This document shows positions 9,898 through 20,679 of a DNA stretch of 64,000 bases, one piece after another. Source of the DNA: an uncultured Polaribacter sp. (GTDB lineage Bacteria > Bacteroidota > Bacteroidia > Flavobacteriales > Flavobacteriaceae); NCBI GenBank assembly GCA_913020555.1, contig CAJWAC010000002.1:20460-84459 (forward strand). Reading direction: 5' to 3'. Positions within the stretch are counted from its first letter, which is position 1. The number at the start of each line of letters is the position of its first letter. The position numbers were made by a program, and so were the translations under genes. The notes under the pieces were generated by a model, which saw only the letters and a list, made by a program, of their open reading frames with translations, made no database searches and was not told the origin of the DNA.

Positions 9898-11520
9898 CTA
9901 ATTTACCTCTAGTGATGTAAACTGAAATTTTTCTCCATTAAACAACCCTTTATCAGATAATTTTAAGGATGGGATTACCAAAAGTGCCATAAAAGACAAA
10001 CTCATGTATGGAGCTCTTAATTGACTACCCATTTTTTTTGCCATTTTATCTAATTCAGCGTATTGTTCCCCAATTTCTTGAGCTGACTTGTCAGACATAA
10101 TTCCGGCTACAGGTAAAGAAACTATTTTCTCTTCTAATAATGTTACCGCACAAACTCCACCTCTATTTTTAATAATTAAATTTACCGCTTTACAAATCAT
10201 TTCGTCAGACACACCCACTGCAATAATATTGTGAGAATCATGACCTACAGAGCTTGCAATTGCACCTTCTTCTAATCCGAAGTTTTTGATAAAGGCCATA
10301 GACGGCATCTGGTTTTTATATCTATTTACAACTGTCATTTTTAAGACATCCGTATCTATATTTGAAACTAAATTACCGTTAACTATTAAAGAATCTGCTA
10401 TTATCTCATTGGTTACCAATTCACCATCTAAAGCTTCAATAACTCTAATTTTTTTAGATGACGATGCAAATCTAAAATCTGTCACTTTCTTTATATCTGT
10501 GTTAAAATTATTCAATACTTCAAAAGGAACAGATTTCACAAAACTTTTGCCATTTTTAGCTACCAATTCACCATTAATATAGGTTTCTAAAACATTGAAT
10601 TCTTTTAAATTATCAACCAAAATAAAATCTGCAGCATCACCTTCTTGCAGTAAACCAACATCTAAATTATAATGTTTTACAGGATTTATACAGGCTGCTT
10701 GCAACACTTTAAAAACATCAATTCCTTTCGCCACTGCTCGTTCACATAATTGATTGATATGCCCCAATAGCAAATCATCTGGATGTTTGTCATCTGAACA
10801 AAACATCATATTCTCGAAATGTTCAGGTAGTAAATCAATTAAAGCTTCAAAGTTTTTCGCGGCGCTCCCTTCTCTAATAATCACTTTCATTCCCTTTTGT
10901 AACTTCTCCTCTGCTTCATCGTAAGAAAAACACTCATGATCTGTAGAAATTCCTGCAGCAATGTATTTTGATATATCTTCGCCTCTTAAACCTGGTGCAT
11001 GCCCATCGATGGGTTTATTGTTATTTTTTGCATGTTGTATCTTTTTTAGCACCTCATCATCATCAAAAAGCACCCCAGGATAATTCATCATTTCTGCCAA
11101 ATACTTGATATCAGAATTTGCCATCAATAATTTAATATCTTCAGCACTTATAATTGCTCCAGCACTTTCAAAAGAAGTTGCAGGCACACAAGAAGGGGCT
11201 CCAAAATTAAATTTTAAGGGTACTTTTTTTCCGTTTTCAATCATAAAATCAACCCCTTTTACTCCTAGTACGTTGGCAATTTCATGCGGATCAGAAACTG
11301 TAGCTACTGTGCCATGAATTACGGCAATTTTTGCAAATTCACTAGGAACTAACATTGAGCTTTCTATATGAATATGAGCATCTACAAAACCTGGTAAAAT
11401 ATAGTTTTCTACCTCGTGATGTATTTCGTTAATTGCAGAAATCTTTCCATTTCTTACAACCACTTCACCTTTAAAAATTCGTTTGTTAAGAATATCTACA
11501 ATGTTCCCTTTTACATTCAT
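9898..11520 (-). CDS. ade: Adenine deaminase
   Basis: [34 protein letters not shown] and HDSHN motifs. Confidence 0.95.
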   Translation of the reverse strand: MNVKGNIVDILNKRIFKGEVVVRNGKISAINEIHHEVENYILPGFVDAHIHIESSMLVPSEFAKIAVIHGTVATVSDPHEIANVLGVKGVDFMIENGKKVPLKFNFGAPSCVPATSFESAGAIISAEDIKLLMANSDIKYLAEMMNYPGVLFDDDEVLKKIQHAKNNNKPIDGHAPGLRGEDISKYIAAGISTDHECFSYDEAEEKLQKGMKVIIREGSAAKNFEALIDLLPEHFENMMFCSDDKHPDDLLLGHINQLCERAVAKGIDVFKVLQAACINPVKHYNLDVGLLQEGDAADFILVDNLKEFNVLETYINGELVAKNGKSFVKSVPFEVLNNFNTDIKKVTDFRFASSSKKIRVIEALDGELVTNEIIADSLIVNGNLVSNIDTDVLKMTVVNRYKNQMPSMAFIKNFGLEEGAIASSVGHDSHNIIAVGVSDEMICKAVNLIIKNRGGVCAVTLLEEKIVSLPVAGIMSDKSAQEIGEQYAELDKMAKKMGSQLRAPYMSLSFMALLVIPSLKLSDKGLFNGEKFQFTSLEVN

Positions 11521-11595
11521 AAACTTGCTATATTTAGAACAAATTTACAAAGAATAAAAAGGGTTTTTTATTCAACTTTATCCTATTTTTAATTT

Positions 11596-14500
11596 ATGAA
11601 TTACGCTCAACAAAAAATTACCATACCCGAGGCAGAAAAAATTCTTTTTGATCTTTATCATATTCAAGGAACGGTATCTCCTTTGCCTGGTTATATTGAT
11701 TTTAATTTTAGAATTAAAATAGCAGGTGAAGAAGGGTATATTCTTAAAATATCTAGAGTTGATGAAAATAAAAAGTACCTAGAATATCAGCAAGAATTGT
11801 TGCAATTTATTGAAAATAGCGATGAGAAAATCATTGCTCCAATAGCCGTTAAAGATAAAAATAAGTATTTAGTTTCCGAAATAAGAGATCGTTACAAAAA
11901 AACACGTTGTGTACGTTTACTCACCTGGGTTTCTGGTAAAGTTTGGAGTGCTGTAAACCCACAATTAGAAGATTTAAGGTATAGTATTGGCACGCAATGT
12001 GGTATTTTAACAAAAGTATTACAAGGTTTTAAACATCCTGAAGCGCACTATAATTTTGAATGGGATATTGCTCAATCTCTTTGGACAATAAAGCATTTAC
12101 ATTTATTTGAAGTGCCCGAAAAAGAAATACTAATGCTGTTTCAAGATAAATTTAAAGCCTATCAACGCACCTATACTAGTTTAAGAAAAAGTATTGTACA
12201 TAATGATCCGAATGACAACAATATTATTGTTACCAATAACCTATTGCAACCAAAAGCAAAAGCAGCCATAGACTATGGAGATGCTATGCATACACAAACC
12301 ATAAATGATCTTGCCATTCTTTGTGCTTATGGTACAATGAGGCATCAAGATCCTTTAGCAGCATCACTCTCTTTTATAAAAGGTTATCATACCTCTTTTC
12401 CATTATTAGAAGAAGAATTAGCGCATTTATTTAATGCCATTGCCATGCGGCTTGTTATTATTGTTACCAGAGCTGCCATTAGCAAAATTGAGGAACCAGA
12501 CAATGAATATCTATGGATTAGCGAAAAACCCGCTTGGAAAGTACTGCATAAATGGTCTAAAATTTCAGAGGATTTTGCACATTATTCTTTTAGAAATGCG
12601 TGTGGTTTTTCTGCACACCCAAATGAAAAACAATTTAAAAAATGGGCTGCTACTAACCAATATTCTTTAACTGCACTATTCCCTTCCATACAAAAATCAG
12701 AAATTAAGTTATTAGATTTAAGTGTAGCTAGTTATTGGATTGGACAACAAACAGATTTTAACAATATTGATGTATTTCAATTTAAAATAGATCAACTTCA
12801 AAAAGAACATCCAACAAAGATTATTTCTGGTGGATATCTAGAACCAAGACCTTTGTATACGTCTAATACCTATGATAAAATAGGAAATCATGGCCCAGAA
12901 AGTAGAACTATTCATTTAGGGATCGATTTCTGGTTGCCTACGAATACGCCTGTACACGCATTATTTGATGGAGAAGTTGAAATAGCTATTGATGACCACG
13001 GAAATAAAGAGTATGGTGGTTTGGTTATTTTAAAACACTCAGAAAATGAACTAGAATTCTACACGTTATATGGTCATTTAAACCCGGAAGGTGTATTAAA
13101 TTATCAAAAAGGAGACAAGATTCTAAAAGGACAAAAAATTGGTGTTTTAGGTGATAAAAACGTAAATGGGAACTGGGCACCTCATTTGCATTTTCAGGTA
13201 ATGCTGTCTTTATTGGATTATACAACTGATTTTCCTGGAGTTGCCTACACAAATGAGATAGCAACTTGGAGAAGTATTTGTGTAGACCCCAATGTATTGT
13301 TCCAAATTAAAAATCTCCAAACAAAAGAGAGTGCTTCAAACAAAGAATTAATTTCTTACAGAAAACAACATCTAGGAAAAGGATTGAGTTTACACTATAA
13401 AGACCCCATAAAAATGGTTCGAGGAGAAGGCGTTTATCTTTTAGATGAGTTGGGTAGAAAGTATTTGGACACTGTGAACAATGTTGCGCATGTTGGCCAT
13501 GAACATCCTGCTATTGTGCACGCTGGGCAAAAGCAAATGGCCTTACTGAATACAAACTCACGTTATCTTCATAAAAATATCAACTTATTAGCCAAGGAAA
13601 TTTTAGAAACCTTACCACCAGAATTAAGCGTTGTTCATTTTGTAAATTCTGGCAGTGAAGCAAATGAATTGGCCATTAGAATGGCAAAAACAGTTACAGG
13701 TAAACAACATGTTATTGCTTCTGAAGTTGGTTATCACGGAAATACCAACACTTGCGTAGCTATTTCTTCTTATAAATTTGATGGGAAAGGTGGCAAAGGA
13801 GCCCCAGAATACACTCATATTTTTCCGTTACCAGACGCTTTTAGAGGAAAATACAGAGGCGAGAATACTGGAAAAAAATATGCAGAAGAAGTACAAAAAT
13901 GCATTAATACTATTCATAAAACAGAAGATGGGGTAAGTGCGCTAATTATAGAACCTATTATTTCTTGTGGCGGACAAATAGAGTTGCCAAAAGGCTTTTT
14001 ATCTGAGGCTTATAAAGCGGTTAGAAAAGCTGGTGGCTTGTGTGTTTCTGATGAAGTACAAGTGGGCTGTGGTAGACTTGGAAAAACTTTTTGGGGCTTT
14101 CAATTACACAATGTACTTCCAGATATTATTACCATAGGAAAACCCATAGGAAACGGACATCCTTTGGCTGCTGTTGTGTGCACTGAAGCAGTAGCTAATG
14201 GTTTTGCCAATGGTATGGAGTTTTTTAATACTTTTGGCGGAAACCCGGTTTCATGTGCTATTGGGACTGCCGTATTACAGACTGTAAAAAAAGAAAAATT
14301 ACAAGAAAACGCACTAGAAGTTGGGACTTATTTAAAAGACCAACTCTTAAATTTAGCCAAAGATTTTCCTATTATTGGAGAAGTTCGTGGGCAAGGTCTT
14401 TTTCTAGGAATAGAATTGATAGATGCTCAAAAAAATCCATTACCAGAACAAACTAGCTATCTTATTAATAGAATGAAGGCACATGGTATTTTAATGAGTT

Positions 14501-14622
14501 CTGATGGCCCTGATCATAACGTATTAAAAATAAAACCACCACTCGTTTTTTCTAAAGATAATGCCAACCAAGTACTATTTTATCTTAAAAAAATACTGAA
14601 TGAGAATTTTATGACAGAATAA
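11596..14622 (+). CDS. Fusion: APH-like amino-alcohol kinase + M23 peptidase-like domain + class III PLP aminotransferase/phospho-lyase
   Basis: Kinase HNDPNDNN and DYGD; M23 HLGID, YGH and HLHF; aminotransferase III NSGSEAN, DEVQ, GKPIGNG and NTFGGNP. Confidence 0.88.
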   Translation: MNYAQQKITIPEAEKILFDLYHIQGTVSPLPGYIDFNFRIKIAGEEGYILKISRVDENKKYLEYQQELLQFIENSDEKIIAPIAVKDKNKYLVSEIRDRYKKTRCVRLLTWVSGKVWSAVNPQLEDLRYSIGTQCGILTKVLQGFKHPEAHYNFEWDIAQSLWTIKHLHLFEVPEKEILMLFQDKFKAYQRTYTSLRKSIVHNDPNDNNIIVTNNLLQPKAKAAIDYGDAMHTQTINDLAILCAYGTMRHQDPLAASLSFIKGYHTSFPLLEEELAHLFNAIAMRLVIIVTRAAISKIEEPDNEYLWISEKPAWKVLHKWSKISEDFAHYSFRNACGFSAHPNEKQFKKWAATNQYSLTALFPSIQKSEIKLLDLSVASYWIGQQTDFNNIDVFQFKIDQLQKEHPTKIISGGYLEPRPLYTSNTYDKIGNHGPESRTIHLGIDFWLPTNTPVHALFDGEVEIAIDDHGNKEYGGLVILKHSENELEFYTLYGHLNPEGVLNYQKGDKILKGQKIGVLGDKNVNGNWAPHLHFQVMLSLLDYTTDFPGVAYTNEIATWRSICVDPNVLFQIKNLQTKESASNKELISYRKQHLGKGLSLHYKDPIKMVRGEGVYLLDELGRKYLDTVNNVAHVGHEHPAIVHAGQKQMALLNTNSRYLHKNINLLAKEILETLPPELSVVHFVNSGSEANELAIRMAKTVTGKQHVIASEVGYHGNTNTCVAISSYKFDGKGGKGAPEYTHIFPLPDAFRGKYRGENTGKKYAEEVQKCINTIHKTEDGVSALIIEPIISCGGQIELPKGFLSEAYKAVRKAGGLCVSDEVQVGCGRLGKTFWGFQLHNVLPDIITIGKPIGNGHPLAAVVCTEAVANGFANGMEFFNTFGGNPVSCAIGTAVLQTVKKEKLQENALEVGTYLKDQLLNLAKDFPIIGEVRGQGLFLGIELIDAQKNPLPEQTSYLINRMKAHGILMSSDGPDHNVLKIKPPLVFSKDNANQVLFYLKKILNENFMTE

Positions 14623-14882
14623 AAAAAACTCCTTCAGGATGGAAATAATCTATGGCTAATTGAGTTTTTTGTCTCTAATATTTCATGTAATATGGCTTGT
14701 ATTAGATATAAAATAGCCAACATGAAAATTAGGTGCTCTTGCACTAACGCTAAGGTTAAACACTTGTATTTTATTGGCAAGTTTGTGGCTTTACCTTTTA
14801 ACAGGCAAAAGCAGTGCAAACATCAGTATGTATTTTAACAAACTATAGTAACTTTTGCAACACGCATACGTATCTCTTTTGT

Positions 14883-14970
14883 AAATATACTAGTATATTT
14901 GACTAAAAGTTCTAGTATATTTTACAAAATATACTAGTATAAATGAGTAAAAGATGTAGTATTTTTACAA
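14883..14970. repeat. Four imperfect 22-bp tandem units with TAGTAT core
   Basis: TAGTA occurs at 14891, 14913, 14935 and 14957. Unit 1 holds the perfect palindrome AAATATACTAGTATATTT (14883-14900). Confidence 0.8.
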
Positions 14971-15178
14971 AAGGTAAAAAGAAAGTAGTTTTGGGCAATA
15001 ATTTGCTTGTTTTATAAAGGTACGGTAAACGCGTAAAAAATGCAAGTAATTTGCTCTATTATAAAATTGAAATTTTGCCAATTTAATATTGTTAAGTTAA
15101 TTAACCCCTTGCTCTGAAGTTCATCTTTAACCTATGATTGTATAAATCTAAATTGAATACAAAGTTAGCATTAAGATT

Positions 15179-16402
15179 TTATTCTAAGATATTTTTTGAA
15201 TATACCATCCTTGAAAACTCATCAAATATTGAGGTGGTTTCTTTGTGATTGAAAGGAATGTGCTGTGTAAAAATACAAGAAGCAATTCCAGACTTATAAT
15301 CTATGTAAAAATAAGTATTCATCATTCCACCCCAAAATACAGTTCCTGGTTGACGACCATAATTTTTTCCTTCATTATCAATAGCCCAAGCCAGACCCCA
15401 TTTAGTAGTGTTGGTCGTAAAATTTTCAAGATTACAGCAATATGCAGGGTTAAAATAATTCCCTTTACTATCCATATTTATATCTCCAATTTGATTTTTC
15501 AACATTTCTTCCACCGTTTTTTTCTCTAACAATTTTACATTGTTGACAGTACCATAATTGAGTAAACATTTAAGAAGCTTCATATAGTCATTTGGTGAAG
15601 ACCATAAACCATCATCACCGCTAAATTTAGTCGCTTTTTCCTTTGGAATTCGATTTGACATTTCTACTAATGGTTGTTTTCCGTCTGCACCTCTATAACC
15701 TCTTGAAACGATAAATTGCTGCAAAGTATCTGGAACATTAAAAAAAGTTCTATTCATTTGTAATGGATAAGTGATATTTTCTTTAAAATAATCTTTCAAA
15801 GTAGATTCAGAAATTTTTTCAATAATCTTTCCTACCCATTCCAAACTTGTACCGTAAATAAATTCAGTTCCACTTTCAAACCTTCTAGGAGCATCTTCAT
15901 ATTTCCAGTTTGTATAATTAAATTTAGCCAATTCAGCATCGGTACAACAAGCGTAACCGAATCCAGAAGTATGCGTCAAAAGATGTCTTAAAGTAAGTGA
16001 TTTATTAGCTTGAGATAGTTTTCCATTTTCTAAAATTGGAATACTTGTCATTTCCGGCATCAAGGAACTTAAATCCTCATCTAAGCTAATTCTACCTCTC
16101 TCAACAAGCTGCAGAGCTGCAACACTTGTAAGTAGTTTGGTCATAGAATGAAGCTGAAAAATATGATTTTTTGTGATATTTACATCTTTATTCCAAATTC
16201 CTTTGCCGTAACAAAAAGACACTTCTTCATCAAATTTATTTGATGCTACAGCAACAACACTAGGCAAATCACTAGAATTCATTTTTTTATTCATAGCAAA
16301 TATTACTTCGTTTTGATTTGGTAATCTAAAATAGTTATTTTGAGTTTCTTTACAACCTGTAATTAAAATAAATAGTAGCGCTATTTTTAATATTTTAGTC
16401 AT
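15179..16402 (-). CDS. Beta-lactamase-family serine hydrolase lipoprotein
   Basis: Lipobox ITGC; SMTK (SxxK), LLTHTSG, FIYG and WGG motifs. Confidence 0.85.
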   Translation of the reverse strand: MTKILKIALLFILITGCKETQNNYFRLPNQNEVIFAMNKKMNSSDLPSVVAVASNKFDEEVSFCYGKGIWNKDVNITKNHIFQLHSMTKLLTSVAALQLVERGRISLDEDLSSLMPEMTSIPILENGKLSQANKSLTLRHLLTHTSGFGYACCTDAELAKFNYTNWKYEDAPRRFESGTEFIYGTSLEWVGKIIEKISESTLKDYFKENITYPLQMNRTFFNVPDTLQQFIVSRGYRGADGKQPLVEMSNRIPKEKATKFSGDDGLWSSPNDYMKLLKCLLNYGTVNNVKLLEKKTVEEMLKNQIGDINMDSKGNYFNPAYCCNLENFTTNTTKWGLAWAIDNEGKNYGRQPGTVFWGGMMNTYFYIDYKSGIASCIFTQHIPFNHKETTSIFDEFSRMVYSKNILE

Positions 16403-16511
16403 TTTTTGTACCTTAATTTAACTTTATTCAGGGTAATAAGGCTCTTTACTACGCCATAGCATTTAGATAAAATGATTTACCTAATCTTTTATAAATTATA
16501 AAAGCATCAAT

Positions 16512-17573
16512 TTAAAAAGCTTCTCCAATTCTAAAATAAACACCCCAATCGTCTCTTCCTGCGGCAACATCTATACCAATGTTCATTTTATTTTTTGGAA
16601 ATACAGTATAGCGATATCCCATACCTACACTTGGTAATATTTTACCGCTATTGGTTTCAACTTCTGAGCCATAAACCGAACCTAAACCAGCAAAACCTAC
16701 AAGGCCCATGTTTCCTTTAAAGTTATATCTATATTCTCCTTGTAAAGCTACTAATTGTTTACCTCTATATTCGCCCATAGAATACCCTCTTAAGTCTGTA
16801 CCTTCTACAACAAGTAAATTATTAAATGGTACGTTTCCTAAACCAAAACCTCCATAACCTCTAACTGCAATTACATCTTTGCCTCTTTTAGCTTTAAAAA
16901 AATGATTGTACTGTAATTCAATTTTACTTGATTCATCATCATTACCCATAAAACCAAGATATCCTGTGTAATCTAAATTTAACTCAGATCCTTTTGTTGG
17001 GTAGTAAACATTATCTCTTTTATCTCTAAGAAATACCAATCCTAAACCATTAAGTGTTACTTCTTCATTTACCGGTGTTTCAAAAGCAAACTCATTATTA
17101 AATTTAGTGTACATATAGTTAGCACCAAAATATAAATCTTCTCCTATTTTACGTTGTACTTCTAATTTGAAAAAATCTGCTCCTGTTTGATAATCTATAA
17201 AACTTGAGCTAGTACCACCACTAAGAAACTGTGAATTTGCAGTTCCTAAACCAGCTCCTATTGTTATTCTCCAATGATCTTCCATTAAATATAATTTGGA
17301 AAAAGCTATGGCAAACCAAGTTTTATTAGTGGTATATATGCCCATAAGACCCGAAATGGATTCTGGAGATATGGTGTCTTTTTTGTTAACCTTATACATT
17401 AACATAGGAACAGCTCCAAACATAAACTCGTAGGTTCTATTGTAACTTATGTAAGGAACAACTTTTATATTTTTTGACTTCTTTTTTTGTTCCTCTTTTT
17501 CTCTCTCTTTTTCTTGAGCGTACGAAAGATTAAAAGATAACAAAAAAAGTAATAGGATGATTGCACCTTTCAT
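16512..17573 (-). CDS. BamA/TamA (Omp85)-like outer-membrane beta-barrel without POTRA domains
   Basis: Signal peptide; D.RDN.YYP, LRGY motif; C-terminal YFRIGEAF. Confidence 0.8.
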   Translation of the reverse strand: MKGAIILLLFLLSFNLSYAQEKEREKEEQKKKSKNIKVVPYISYNRTYEFMFGAVPMLMYKVNKKDTISPESISGLMGIYTTNKTWFAIAFSKLYLMEDHWRITIGAGLGTANSQFLSGGTSSSFIDYQTGADFFKLEVQRKIGEDLYFGANYMYTKFNNEFAFETPVNEEVTLNGLGLVFLRDKRDNVYYPTKGSELNLDYTGYLGFMGNDDESSKIELQYNHFFKAKRGKDVIAVRGYGGFGLGNVPFNNLLVVEGTDLRGYSMGEYRGKQLVALQGEYRYNFKGNMGLVGFAGLGSVYGSEVETNSGKILPSVGMGYRYTVFPKNKMNIGIDVAAGRDDWGVYFRIGEAF

Positions 17574-17585
17574 ATTTTGATTATT

Positions 17586-18128
17586 TTAGTTGATACTATA
17601 ACCTTTTGCTTTTATACAAGCTGAAAAAGCTTTTACGAAACTCGTTTTCATTTCGCTTTCAATACTTTTAGCTTTTTGAGTATTCTGAGCATTTTGCATA
17701 CTCTGCGCTCTTCTAGTGGCTCTTCTTCCTCTAATTGCGCCTGTTACTGCCCCTATTGCAGCGCCATCTCCAGTATCTCCTGCAACTGCGCCTATAGCCA
17801 CTCCTGCAACAGCCCCTCTTGCGGCTCCTGCAACGGCTCCGCCTTTTACCTTTTCAGCTTCTTTAACCGTAACTTTTGTAGGATTCATTGGGTCAAATTT
17901 AGTTTGATTGTATGCCCATGAATAACATTCTTTCAAATCTTTTTGCTGTTGTAAACTGTCTTGATTTTTTGAAGGGAAAATATACAAGCCAAGTGTTTTG
18001 GAGTAATCCTTTGGCAGTTTAAGTGTCGTTTTTTTTTCCTCTGTGATTGTTATTGTTTCTTGAGAAGCAAGCGTAAAGGTTAGAAAAAATAGTAGTAGTG
18101 TTGCGTAAATTTTTATTGAAGCTTTCAT
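17586..18128 (-). CDS. Exported glycine-zipper protein
   Basis: Signal peptide; GAVAGAARGAVAGVAIGAVAG...GAAIGAVTG repeats; Cys pair ending in CIKAKGY. Confidence 0.75.
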   Translation of the reverse strand: MKASIKIYATLLLFFLTFTLASQETITITEEKKTTLKLPKDYSKTLGLYIFPSKNQDSLQQQKDLKECYSWAYNQTKFDPMNPTKVTVKEAEKVKGGAVAGAARGAVAGVAIGAVAGDTGDGAAIGAVTGAIRGRRATRRAQSMQNAQNTQKAKSIESEMKTSFVKAFSACIKAKGYSIN

Positions 18129-18147
18129 AATTATCTGTTTTTAAATT

Positions 18148-19224
18148 TTATAATTGCACTAACTCTGGGACTTTCCAAGAACCAGTAAAATATTTTTCTG
18201 TAGGTTGATACATGCGTAAAATAAAGTTCCATCCTTCAAAAGTATCAAGATAGTTGTCAGCATTTTTATCACCTCCAAAATGTATGATATATTCTCCTTT
18301 TTCGTTCGTTTTTGCAAAAGAACTATTCACATTAAATTTTTCTCCAATAACCCATCCTCCTTGATCATAAACAGTAATAGACCAAAAAGCATCGACAGGA
18401 ACATCTTTTAAAGTTAACGTTGCAGGATTTGAATTTTTAGGTTGATAATTAGGATAAACCGCTTGTTTAGAGGTCATACCTCCCCAACCTGTGGATATAC
18501 CAGCATTGTGATTTTCTAAAGTTGTTTCTCCCTTTTTACCAAACATAACACTTGAAACAATACCTTTTTCTTTTGCGATTTTTTGGTATTTCTTGCGCAT
18601 TTTTAAAACCTCAGCCCTGTCCCAATTGTTAGTCATTACAAAAGATCCTCTATCTTTTTGACTTAGTTGTAACTGATCTTGTAATGCTGATACTTTTGCA
18701 AGATCTTCTGGATCAGTCATATTCACCTGAGTCCTAATCACTAGCATAATATATCTAGAACCCATATCTTCTTGGGTTATTTTATAAGTTCCAGGGTTGT
18801 TGATTGCCATTGGATTATAATGCTCTTCAGTGATAAACCAAGCACTTTGGTAACGTCCATTGGTTTCGGGCATTATTAACGTTGCTTCCTCCTTTAAATC
18901 TAAAATTGCAACAGAGTATTGTGTGTCAAAATTGATTCTTACAACCGTTTTGTCTTTTGGATCTGCAGCCTTTTTATTGTGCATAAAAACACCTACGCCA
19001 TTTGTTTTAGTTATGGCAGCAATGTCTTTTATATATTTTGCAAAAATCATTTGTGATTCTGCTAGACCAAAATTTTCATCTGTCAGAATGGTTGTTGCTT
19101 TTTCAGAAGTAACTTTTTTTACTGTTTTATTTACTTCATCTGTATTTGTCTCTGTAGCTTTGTCTTTCTTGCAAGATAATATTGCTAAGGCTAAAACAAT
19201 AGTAATAATATACATTTTTTTCAT
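18148..19224 (-). CDS. DUF1254/DUF1214 domain lipoprotein
   Basis: Lipobox ILSC; VVRINFDTQYS, PVDAFWSITVY and LRMYQP motifs. Confidence 0.85.
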   Translation of the reverse strand: MKKMYIITIVLALAILSCKKDKATETNTDEVNKTVKKVTSEKATTILTDENFGLAESQMIFAKYIKDIAAITKTNGVGVFMHNKKAADPKDKTVVRINFDTQYSVAILDLKEEATLIMPETNGRYQSAWFITEEHYNPMAINNPGTYKITQEDMGSRYIMLVIRTQVNMTDPEDLAKVSALQDQLQLSQKDRGSFVMTNNWDRAEVLKMRKKYQKIAKEKGIVSSVMFGKKGETTLENHNAGISTGWGGMTSKQAVYPNYQPKNSNPATLTLKDVPVDAFWSITVYDQGGWVIGEKFNVNSSFAKTNEKGEYIIHFGGDKNADNYLDTFEGWNFILRMYQPTEKYFTGSWKVPELVQL

Positions 19225-19243
19225 AATGAGTCAATTTGATATT

Positions 19244-20677
19244 TTATTTAACTTTTTGGACTCCAGGCATTTTATAGGATCTGTTTATAACATTTTCTTT
19301 AGGGTAGTACATTCTAAAGGTTAATTCAAATTCTTCACCGGCTTGAGGACTTGGCAACCAGTTTGATTTTAATTTCTCAGGTTGTTCAGCTTGGATTAAT
19401 ATATCTAAGGAACCATCTTGGTTATAGGTCAAGTCTTTCATCCCTCCTAAATTATATCTGTCGATAGCATTGTCTACCAAAAAGCCTTTTTTATCATACA
19501 TTGTTAAAGACCAAAATCCGTTTACCGGTGGCATATGGTCAGCATCAAAATGTAAAACATATTTATTGGATCCATTATAATTATTGCCATCAGAATCCAC
19601 TGCAGAGTTTGGATATATAGCATCAACAGACTGATTTGCACCATAACCGATTTTTGTAACATAAGCTCTTAAAAAGTATCCTGTACCATATTCTCCTAAA
19701 CCAGATGTAATTACATTCCATCCATTTTGAAGGTTTTCAGTTGGTGGATTTGCAGTCATTTTTGAAAATAATCCTTGGACTATTGAAGGTACTTTCTTTA
19801 CCATTTCTTGTGTTTGGGAATTAAATTGATCCAATTTAAAATCACCTCCAGGCTCAAATCCAATGGTTTTTAATTTTTCTAGTAAAGGTTTATCAGTAGC
19901 ATAACCGGGGTTATCTATCATTAATTGCATGACTTCATTTAAATAGGTGGTAATATCTTTATTATCTACTTCATCCATAGGAACTTTATTTAAATAATCA
20001 GGATTAATTATTCCTTTAGGATTTACATAATTTTTGTTGTTACGTTCAGAAAGAGGACGAGCAATTAATTTAGATTGAAAATTTGCTATTTCAACTTTAC
20101 CATCTTCATTATTTTTTACAGCTACTCTTCCTAACATCCAATTAAGATTTGTTGTAGATCTAATTACTGTTAAATCATCATCAATTTCACCATCATATGT
20201 TGGACCTACCAAAGCGATATCTACAGCACCTTGCCCTGTTGTTCTTGATCCTACAGACTTAATTACATCACCATGAGCATTTAATATTGGCATGAGATAA
20301 TACCGTTCTGTAGCTGGTATATGCAAGTATAAAGGGCTTTCACCTAAATCTGCATATATAACACTGTAATAGGTATCAAGATTAGGACGAACCACTTCTG
20401 TAAAGCCTGCTTTCGGGAATTTATGCATATTCCCCCATTGATTCATAGGGCCTTTTCCCATACCGTTATCTGACGCTACATTTGATGATATTTTATGGGT
20501 GTAATCCATCGTCATCATAGGATAACCATAAATGTATGCTTGAGTAACTAAAGCTACTTTTGTTGAATCTGCTTTTGAAATTGAAATTTCCTTTGTACTT
20601 GAATTGTTATTTTTTTCATTTTTACATGAAACGAAAAAGATTAATAATAAAATGGTTATAAATTTTAGCTTGTTCAT
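19244..20677 (-). CDS. DUF1254/DUF1214 domain lipoprotein
   Basis: Lipobox FVSC; AYIYGYP, VVRPNLDTYYS, PPVNGFWSLTMY, NWLP and RMYYP motifs. Confidence 0.88.
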   Translation of the reverse strand: MNKLKFITILLLIFFVSCKNEKNNNSSTKEISISKADSTKVALVTQAYIYGYPMMTMDYTHKISSNVASDNGMGKGPMNQWGNMHKFPKAGFTEVVRPNLDTYYSVIYADLGESPLYLHIPATERYYLMPILNAHGDVIKSVGSRTTGQGAVDIALVGPTYDGEIDDDLTVIRSTTNLNWMLGRVAVKNNEDGKVEIANFQSKLIARPLSERNNKNYVNPKGIINPDYLNKVPMDEVDNKDITTYLNEVMQLMIDNPGYATDKPLLEKLKTIGFEPGGDFKLDQFNSQTQEMVKKVPSIVQGLFSKMTANPPTENLQNGWNVITSGLGEYGTGYFLRAYVTKIGYGANQSVDAIYPNSAVDSDGNNYNGSNKYVLHFDADHMPPVNGFWSLTMYDKKGFLVDNAIDRYNLGGMKDLTYNQDGSLDILIQAEQPEKLKSNWLPSPQAGEEFELTFRMYYPKENVINRSYKMPGVQKVK

Positions 20678-20679
20678 GA

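Noticed and set aside
14634-14819. 61-aa track ORF, and a 48-codon + strand ORF overlapping it
   Set aside because: No recognisable motifs and atypical composition; probably non-coding.
14883-14970. 22-bp repeats as a CRISPR array
   Set aside because: The units are contiguous with no unique spacers, and there are no cas genes in the window.
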